From the NCBI GenBank assembly GCA_963741915.1, contig CAVUJW010000023.1, positions 310,968 to 374,967 of the forward strand: a DNA stretch of 64,000 nucleotides, in the 5' to 3' direction. The position numbers and the translations under genes were made by a program. Below are positions 18,363 through 24,540 of the stretch, piece by piece (position 1 is the stretch's first letter; every line of letters begins with the position of its first letter). A model generated the notes under the pieces. It was given only the letters and a program-made list of their open reading frames with translations. It ran no database searches and had not been told where the DNA came from. This stretch comes from an uncultured Chloroflexia bacterium. GTDB taxonomy: Bacteria; Chloroflexota; Limnocylindria; Limnocylindrales; CSP1-4.

Positions 18363-19162
18363 GCGGTCCGGGGCAACCTGCGCGCGATCCGGATCCGGCC
18401 GTCCGGGCCGTCTTCGAGGTCCTGGCCGAGGACCGTGGCGAGCAGGGTCGCGGCCTCGGCGAGCGGGGCGGTGAGCGGCTCGCTCTCGAGCGCTGCGAGC
18501 ACGGCCTCCCCGTCCCGGGCAAGGGCATCGACGAGGGCCGCCCGGGCCGCGGCGTCGTCCCAGTCGGCGGCGGGCTTGCCGCCCGTGCGGTAGTCGTCGT
18601 CACGGCGGAGGACCGCGCGCAGCGCTGGCTCGCGCTCGCCGGCCGCCGCCAGCGTCTGGCGGATCGCGCTGCGCACGAGGGTGACGGTGTCCATGGTCGC
18701 GACCGCGTCGTACAGCGGGGTCGAGTCGAGCACCCGTCGGACCCCCACGAGCCCGGCCGCACGGGCGACCTCGAGCGTGCGCTCGAAGATCCGCTCCGCA
18801 CGGTCCGAGCGGGCGAGGCGTGCCCGCATGTCGACGAGCACCGTGTGGGCGAAGCCCGGGGCATCGAACGGCAGGCCGCCACAGGCGTACTTCCAGCGGG
18901 CATCGAACGTGAACCGCTCGACCGCCTCGCGGTCACTCAGGCCCTCCAGGCGCTGGAGGACCATCACCACCGCGACCACCAGCGGCGGCACCGAGCGCCG
19001 GCCGACATCCGCGAACAGGTCGGCGAACAGCGTGTCGGGGAAGAGCTCGTGGCACTCCCGGTGGAGCAGGGCATGGATCGAGTCCGGGCGCACCAACGGT
19101 TCGACGAACGAGCTCGTGTCGCGGAACAGGTCGGCCTGGCGGGGTGCGGATCCCTGCGACAT
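18359..19162 (-). CDS. IS1182-family transposase, N-terminal part (frame break at about 18359-18385)
   Basis: 267-aa ORF MSQGSAPRQADLFRDTSSFVEPLVRPDSIHALLHREC...FTFDARWKYACGG (InsH/DUF772-like N-terminal domain). In another frame the sequence reads QVAPDRVISTVDPD, joining to the next ORF. Confidence 0.85.
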   Translation of the reverse strand: MSQGSAPRQADLFRDTSSFVEPLVRPDSIHALLHRECHELFPDTLFADLFADVGRRSVPPLVVAVVMVLQRLEGLSDREAVERFTFDARWKYACGGLPFDAPGFAHTVLVDMRARLARSDRAERIFERTLEVARAAGLVGVRRVLDSTPLYDAVATMDTVTLVRSAIRQTLAAAGEREPALRAVLRRDDDYRTGGKPAADWDDAAARAALVDALARDGEAVLAALESEPLTAPLAEAATLLATVLGQDLEDGPDGRIRIARRLPRTA

Positions 19163-19275
19163 TGGGTGTGCTCCTGGCGATCAGCTCGGGCAGCTCCTGC
19201 CGGAAGAATCGTAGCTGCGCCCGTGCCCGCCCGTCAGCCCCTCAGAACGTGCGTTTCACACCAGCCACCTAGGGT

Positions 19276-19587
19276 CTACCCCACCCCGGTCGGTCGACGC
19301 GCCCATCGTCGAGTTGCAGAGCGGCAGAGCACGGCGGTGTTGGCGACGTCGAACGGCGCACCACCTGCGGCGAGCGGGACGACGTGATCGACGGTGAGTT
19401 TGCCCGCGGACCCGGATCCGGTAGACGAGCGGCTGACCCATGGCCTGCTGCCCTCCGTGCTTGCCGGAGACCTACGTGCCGACGAGCTTCGAGCGCTCAG
19501 CACCTCGTCCACGAATGGCCTGAGCGGCAGCGGCGGCGGTGCTCCGATCGCGGTGACAACGATTCGCCGTGTGCGTCGGGGAGACAT
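19276..19587 (-). pseudogene. HNH endonuclease remnant, frame-broken and abutting the IS right end
   Basis: GKLTVDHVVPLAAGGAPFDVANTAVLCRS, then in the neighbouring frame (ORF 19256..19441) CNSTMGAS. Together these give the DH..P..GG..N..C..CN HNH pattern. The ORF ends 3 nt from the IS terminus. Confidence 0.4.
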
Positions 19588-19625
19588 CGGTCTGACCCAT
19601 TACCGAGCAGGGCCACGCTCGGTGG

Positions 19626-20078
19626 TCACCGCCCCGCCTCGCCGCTCACAGTTACACGTCGCGTAACTTTCGTAACTTTCGCCCGTCGGCGCAGGTAGTC
19701 CCCGAACAGCGGCAGTGCGAAGTCGTATGAGCCGCGGGTCGGGCGGTAGACGAGGCCGCGTTCGACCAGCCGCCGGACGAGGAGTTTCAGCCCGAGAGAT
19801 CCGGCAACGTCCGTGCAGACGCGCCAGTGGCACCCGACCATGCTCACGCGCCATCGCTTCGAGGACCCTCTGCTCGGTCGGGCTGGCGCCCTCGAAGCGA
19901 TCCTCAAAGAAGGCGAGGTCCAGTTCATGAAGCAGCCCTGCTTCGACCGCCCAGTAGTCGTCGGGTAACACCTCGGGCGTGGCAACGCTGCGGCAGACGT
20001 ACGCGCCGAAGAACTGGAGGAAATACGCGACCCGGCGGCGCGCGTCAGCTCCGCCACGGCACCGCGTGCGAGACCCAA
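19626..20078 (-). pseudogene. C-terminal remnant of an AAA/Orc1-like ATP-binding protein, frame-broken
   Basis: Frame 1 (ORF 19600..20259) gives FLQFFGAYVCRSVATPEVLPDDYWAVEAGLLHELDLAFFEDRFEGASPTEQRVLEAMAREHGRVPLARL. Frame 2 (19626..20078) gives LKLLVRRLVERGLVYRPTRGSYDFALPLFGDYLRRR. No N-terminal ATPase domain is present. Confidence 0.4.
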
Positions 20079-20956
20079 CTGCGAGCCACAGGGTTCCAGG
20101 TCCCAGATCGAACCGCGCGCCCAAGAATCGGATCGAGCATTCGCGCCGCCGAGTCGAACCCGGCCTCGAGGGCAGCATCGAGGCCGACCGTGCGCGCCAT
20201 CCGGCCGTACGGAACGCGCCAGTCGGCCGGCGGACGGGGCAGGCTCGTCGGCAACTCATGGCTCGCTCTTCGCTCGAAGGTGGTCTCGATGGCCGCCCGG
20301 AGTCTTCCTGCGTCCAACGTGGCTTCGGATGCGATCAGCGCCAGGTCGATGAGGTCCTTGACGCGGGTGCTCCCGACAGAACCAACCCCGTAGACGCGAC
20401 TGTAGGCATGGAGCTTCTCGGCCACGTGGAACTCGATCGGGAGCGCTGGGACCTCGGCCGGCGCGATGTCGGCGAAACCCAGGAGGTCCGGCCCCCGCAG
20501 CCGGTCGAGCTCGACGCCGGTTGGCGGGTCGAAGCCGACATCGAGCAGGAAGTCATCGAACACCCGACCGGCCAGCTCGGCACGGACGTGATACCGCACT
20601 GCGGAACCCTCCACCAGGCGATCGAGGGCGGTCGTGCGTTCGACGGCGAAGTTGAAGAAGTCGCCCAGGTCGACCGCCTGCGCCGCGAGCAACTCGTTCG
20701 TCGCCGAGGCCTCGTCCCCGGTGTTGGCGAGGTCGATGTCCTTCGTCGTTCGGGCTCGGTCGCCGAAGCGGTAGTCGAGCGCCAGGGCGCCCTTCAGGAC
20801 CCAGCCGTCCGGAGCGACCGCGAACATGCGAGCGAGCAATCGATCGAAAGCGACCTCCTTCCGCAGTCGGACCACCGAGCGGCCGGTGTCGCGCGCCTGC
20901 GCGGCGAGGCGTGTCTCGAGCGCGCGACGGAATGCACCTGCCGACGCGTATCTCAT
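20045..20956 (-). CDS. abiEii: nucleotidyltransferase AbiEii/AbiGii toxin family protein (type IV TA), copy 1
   Basis: 303-aa ORF with the DUF1814-type pattern VLKGALALDYRFGDRARTTKDIDL. Overlaps the upstream antitoxin gene by 4 nt. Confidence 0.82.
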   Translation of the reverse strand: MRYASAGAFRRALETRLAAQARDTGRSVVRLRKEVAFDRLLARMFAVAPDGWVLKGALALDYRFGDRARTTKDIDLANTGDEASATNELLAAQAVDLGDFFNFAVERTTALDRLVEGSAVRYHVRAELAGRVFDDFLLDVGFDPPTGVELDRLRGPDLLGFADIAPAEVPALPIEFHVAEKLHAYSRVYGVGSVGSTRVKDLIDLALIASEATLDAGRLRAAIETTFERRASHELPTSLPRPPADWRVPYGRMARTVGLDAALEAGFDSAARMLDPILGRAVRSGTWNPVARSWVSHAVPWRS

Positions 20957-21561
20957 CTGGCGGCTCCAGAGACCGCGGCCTCGACCATGCGCTGGACCCG
21001 ATGACCGCGAGAGCGAGCCGCCCCGCGGAGAAGTGCTGGCGTGGTGAGCCCTCGCCGCAGCGCCTGGCTGACGGCTGCCGAGACCTGGTCGGGCGCCATG
21101 CCCGCTGCCGCCACGTCGGCGATCGTCCGCGCAGGCGCCGTGAGCCGAACGCCGTGGCGGCTGATGACATCGGCCTCGGCCAGCGGGTGCGTCGTGGTAT
21201 GGATCCTCACGCCCGGCTGCGGCACCAGCCGCCGCCGCTCCCGGGGGACCGTCAGGTGGACCCCGTCGGCGATCACATCGGACAGGCCGAGGAGCTCGAG
21301 GGCCGACTCATGGGAGACGACGGCGTCGGGCGCCTGGCGCAGCCAGGCGGCGACGATCTCCTCGTCCGGCGCCGAGGGATAGTCACGCAGGCGGTACAGG
21401 CCGCGGGTCACGCGCAGGAAGCGGCCCGTCTTCGTGTGGTGGGTGAGCAGTACCGAGCTGAAGCCGTGGCGGAGCGCCTGGGCAGCCGTGAAGTAGCCGG
21501 CCTGCGCGCTGGCCGTCTCGAACAGCGCCTCGTGGTCGGGCTGGGTGGCGAGTCTTGTCGT
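20953..21561 (-). CDS. abiEi: AbiEi antitoxin family protein, copy 1; N-terminal start ambiguous (frame break or non-canonical start)
   Basis: Track ORF 20953..21411 starts at a GTG, but the frame stays open to 21561. The extension encodes QPDHEALFETASAQAGYFTAAQALRHGFSSVLLTHHTKTGRFLRVTRGLYRL, the expected wHTH domain. The only nearby start (GTG 21565, VNDKTRHPA) is in another frame. Confidence 0.7.
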   Translation of the reverse strand, partial: TTRLATQPDHEALFETASAQAGYFTAAQALRHGFSSVLLTHHTKTGRFLRVTRGLYRLRDYPSAPDEEIVAAWLRQAPDAVVSHESALELLGLSDVIADGVHLTVPRERRRLVPQPGVRIHTTTHPLAEADVISRHGVRLTAPARTIADVAAAGMAPDQVSAAVSQALRRGLTTPALLRGAARSRGHRVQRMVEAAVSGAAR

Positions 21562-21566
21562 TCACA

Positions 21567-21585
21567 TCCTAGATGATACTTAGGA
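21567..21585. promoter_or_regulatory. short inverted repeat TCCTA-N9-TAGGA just upstream of abiEi copy 1
   Basis: Read directly in an AT-richer patch between the abiEi start region and the tRNA-like repeat. Operator function is inferred from known AbiEi autoregulation. Confidence 0.25.
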
Positions 21586-21598
21586 AGTCAACGACAAG

Positions 21599-21613
21599 AA
21601 GTGGCTCCGGCGG
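21599..21613. repeat. 15-nt direct repeat AAGTGGCTCCGGCGG identical to the 3' end of tRNA-Asn plus 3 flanking nt (att-like site)
   Basis: Exact match to 31158-31172. Both copies lie about 35 nt upstream of an abiEi start on the minus strand. Confidence 0.6.
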
Positions 21614-22100
21614 GCGGGAGCCGGCCGTGTACTGAATCCCCAAGGGACCGCGGCGAGCGATATCCCGCTCCCCCACCCCGGTCGCTCGCGTGAATGGCTT
21701 GCAGCGGCCCTGGTCGAGTGCGCCCGGTGCCACCAAGTGGTGGAACGACGGTCGCCGGTCCAGCGACACTGCCGGGAATGTCGCGCCACGCTGAAGGGAT
21801 CCAGGAGCCGTGAGGCCGTGACGCGTGCAAGGCGTCCGGGGCATCCTGCGCGCCCGCTACGTGACCCGAGCTGACGCGCGAGCACTGAGGTCGGAGGTTC
21901 GAGAGGAGTCACACCTCCAGAACCGACCTTAATGTCCCGGTCTCCTTGCCGCTTAAGATTGCGCTGACGAGGGTGGAGCGGTGGATCGACGGCGCGATCA
22001 CGTGACCGGGACCCGGTCTGGGAGGTTCACCTTCGCCAGCTGGCCAGTCGGGTTCAGCGAGCTGTTCGATCCCCGAGGAGGCTGGCGATCGCGGCCGCAC

Positions 22101-23082
22101 CTATGCGACGACGACAACGACGTTCCCCAACTTCTGGCCGGTTTCGGCGTACCGGTGAGCCTCGACCATCTGCTCGAGCGGGAAGCGCCGGTCGATGACC
22201 GGGCGCAGCCTTCCCGCTTCGACCAGGCCCCGCAGGTAGGCCAGGTCCTCGCTCGTTGCCCCGATGCCCGCGAACGACGACCCGCTTCTTGCTCCCCCTC
22301 GCCGCCCACCTGGCGCGAACGATCTGCAGGAAGCCCGGATTGGCCATGAGTAGGCATCCGTTCTCGGTCAGCAACCTCACCATGCGACCAGACGGTGTGT
22401 TGCGGACCACGTCGAAGATGACGTCGTAGGTCTCAGGGCTTTCGGTGAAGTCCTCCTGGGCGTAGTCGATGACGCGATCGGCACCGATCGTGCGCAGCAT
22501 CTCCAGCTTCGGCGCGCTGTCCACCGCGGTCACGTGCGCCCCGAGGACCTTGGCGAGCTGGACCGCGAACGTGCCGAAGCTGCCTCCCGCTCCGTTGACC
22601 AGGACCCTCTGTCCGCTCCGGACGTCCGCCTTCCGCAGGAACTGCAAAGCCTCGCCTCCCCCGTAGGGTACGGCCGCAGCCTCCTCGTAGCTCAGGTTCG
22701 CCGGCATCGTCGCGATCGCCCCGGTCTGGGGGTTCTCGCGCAGGCAGATGTACTCCGCGTAGGCTCCCAGGCCGATGCCCGTCGCCGCGAAGACCCTGTC
22801 GCCCTTCCTGAACGACCCGACATCCTTGCCTACCGACTCGATGTCACCGGCAAGCTCCTGCCCGAGCACAGGTCGTCTTGGTCTGCGGATGCCGAACGCC
22901 AGCCGCATGGGCACCCAGATCCAGGGGGCGAAGTCGAATCTCCGCAGCTCGCAATCGGCCGCGCTGACCGTCGTGGCGCGGATTCGAACCAGCACCTCGT
23001 CGTCCTTCGGAACGGGCTTCGGCACGTCCCTGAGTTGAAGAACATCCGGCGGTCCGTAGTCCGTGCACACTATTGCTCTCAT
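22101..23082 (-). pseudogene. zinc-type/MDR NAD(P)H:quinone oxidoreductase with one frame break near 22275-22290
   Basis: MRAIVCTDYGPPDVLQLRDVPKPVPKDDEVLVRI...VLVNGAGGSFGTFAVQLAK. After ...[10 protein letters not shown] the conserved end [59 protein letters not shown] is in another frame (own translation, stop at 22101-22103). Span mod 3 = 1. Confidence 0.75.
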
Positions 23083-23336
23083 GGGTCTCCGGTTCGACTT
23101 GACATCTGACCTGACCGGCCTGTCCCGAGCGTCGGGCGGCCGGGTTCGACGGGACTGACCGAGACCAGGGGCATTCCCAAGTCACGCACTCTCTTGAGTA
23201 ACCCGTGCAGCGCGGCCTGGTCGATGATCGGCCCGGTGATGAGCGTGTCATCGCCGTCGAGCGTGATCGTCAGGCCATCGAACCAGTCCGCCCATCGAGC
23301 GTCGACCTGGCCCGTGATCCGGATCTGATAGGCCAT
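23079..23336 (-). CDS. small conserved hypothetical protein (YEIRV family), copy 4
   Basis: MAYQIRITGQVDARWADWFDGLTITLDGDDTLITGPIIDQAALHGLLKRVRDLGMPLVSVSPVE. The track ORF extends to 23405; I chose the start at 23336 by homology. The stop overlaps the oxidoreductase start by 4 nt. Confidence 0.7.
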   Translation of the reverse strand: MAYQIRITGQVDARWADWFDGLTITLDGDDTLITGPIIDQAALHGLLKRVRDLGMPLVSVSPVEPGRPTLGTGRSGQMSSRTGDP

Positions 23337-23406
23337 CTGTTGGCCTGGTTCGGCGTGTGGGTCGAGTTCCTGGGGCATCGCTCCGTGTCCGTTGCGGCTA
23401 AGCATC

Positions 23407-23489
23407 GCCAGCCCCGATCGGTGGTCTGCACGGGCAGCTTGTCCTCACGGCGGTGTGCGTGTCATACCTCCCAGAAGCTCTTCGGCGGC
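23407..23489 (-). promoter_or_regulatory. conserved ~80-nt upstream element, copy B (candidate promoter plus leader)
   Basis: Minus-strand reading: GGGAGGTATGACACGCACACCGCCGTGAGGACAAGCTGCCCGTGCAGACCACCGATCGGGGCTGGC. It shares GGAGGTATGACAC and a 40-nt block (34/40 by manual alignment) with copy A. Confidence 0.5.
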
Positions 23490-23572
23490 TGCCGAGGTCG
23501 ACGACCGCCCGGTCTCCGCGCTGGACGGAATGGTGGACCGGGGCGGCGACCAAGGGTCGCCGCCCCGGCGCG

Positions 23573-24319
23573 CTACGCGGTGACGGTGGCCTGACCCAGG
23601 GCCGCGATGGACGAGCGATCGGTCGGGTCAGGAGAGTTCACCCCCGTCACGACCGGATGACTGAATCCCTTGGCGAGGAGCCAGATCGGGAGGATCAGCT
23701 CGAAGAGGCCGCCAGGGAGCATGGCGAGCATCCCTGTGCCCTGTTGCACGTCGGTCACCCCGAACATGTCCAGGGCGGCTCCCGCGAGCAGCACGGGATA
23801 GCCGACGAGCCCAAGGACTGCAAGCGGGCGCGGGACCAGCTTCGATCGATACAGCAAGACGGCGAAGACAATTCCGGACGCGCCCGTGAAGAGATAGAGC
23901 AGCACAACGGTCACGTCGCGGAGTGCCCTGAGCAGTGAACCCAGCGATTGCGAAGCGGACGCATCGACCGTGCCGTCGCGCGCTCCGTTGCCGAGCGCGA
24001 GCACGATGAGCGGAGCCGCCATGTAGAGGAGCACCACTCCGAGTTCGGCGACTCGCAGGCCGACATATCCAAGGGCCAGCGGCTCACTGGTGTGTCTCAG
24101 GAGCGGAAACATGAGGACTGCGATACCCACGACCGCGAGGCCGTCGACGAATGCGAGGAGCGCGCCGGCGGCCAGCGCGCTGGCGTCGCCGGACGCACCG
24201 ATCAGGTAGTTCGGGCGATCCAGAACCCCCTTGATGAGCGTATCGGCCGCGCTGAACGAAACGGTGGCAGCCAGGAACAGCAGACCAACGATGGCTGCGG
24301 TCCTTCTCGAAGATGTCAT
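23573..24319 (-). CDS. DUF4386-like polytopic membrane protein
   Basis: 248-aa ORF MTSSRRTAAIVGLLFLAATVSFSAADTLIKGVL..., hydrophobic. The family assignment is from memory of DUF4386-type sequences. Confidence 0.6.
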   Translation of the reverse strand: MTSSRRTAAIVGLLFLAATVSFSAADTLIKGVLDRPNYLIGASGDASALAAGALLAFVDGLAVVGIAVLMFPLLRHTSEPLALGYVGLRVAELGVVLLYMAAPLIVLALGNGARDGTVDASASQSLGSLLRALRDVTVVLLYLFTGASGIVFAVLLYRSKLVPRPLAVLGLVGYPVLLAGAALDMFGVTDVQQGTGMLAMLPGGLFELILPIWLLAKGFSHPVVTGVNSPDPTDRSSIAALGQATVTA

Positions 24320-24373
24320 ACCTGTTCTCCTTGGTGTGTTTCGCTCACACCTGGCTCAGGCCGGCCGGTCCTT

Positions 24374-24455
24374 GGCAGCCCCGGTCGCTGGTCTGCACAG
24401 GCAGCGTGTCCCCTCGACGGGATGAGTGTCATACCTCCAAGGAGCGATTTCGGAG
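24374..24455 (-). promoter_or_regulatory. conserved ~80-nt upstream element, copy A (candidate promoter plus leader)
   Basis: Minus-strand reading: TTGGAGGTATGACACTCATCCCGTCGAGGGGACACGCTGCCTGTGCAGACCAGCGACCGGGGCTGCC. TGACAC and CA[AC]GCT are separated by 17 nt in both copies, which fits a possible -35/-10 pair. Confidence 0.5.
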
Positions 24456-24540
24456 GACTATTCGCGGGCGTCCTGGAGGGCGGAGAGGGTCGACCGGCGA
24501 ACCGTCAGGCCGGTCGGCCTCCCGGCCGAAGGTGCCCAGC

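Larger units (their letters stand above)
17423..19273 (-). mobile_element. IS1182-family (IS5 superfamily) insertion sequence, about 1851 bp, with ~60-bp terminal inverted repeats
   Basis: Left end 17423-17482 cctaggtggctggtgtgaaacgcacgttctgaCCggctgacgggcgggcacgggcgcagc equals the reverse complement of 19214-19273 except for 2 positions. The repeats enclose the transposase ORFs. Confidence 0.85.

Noticed and set aside
17411-19285. Target-site duplication flanking the IS element
   Set aside because: The flanks (…ggtgtcgt / gtctacc…) share at most 3 nt in register. That is not enough to call a duplication.
21614-21980. Possible riboswitch or structured ncRNA, or an integrase remnant, next to the distal tRNA-like repeat
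   Set aside because: I could not match cobalamin, tmRNA, RNase P or other core motifs. Only short hairpins are present. The CARC-N13-CREC frame (21584-21874) has no start codon, so it was not called as a CDS and is only mentioned under the island finding.
24320-24436. 38-codon upstream ORF (MTLIPSRGHAACADQRPGLP...) ending in an ATGA overlap with the DUF4386 start
   Set aside because: The paralogous element upstream of 23336 has a stop after 6 codons, so the peptide is not conserved although the nucleotides are. GGAGG is only 1 nt from the ATG. I treat the region as cis-regulatory instead.
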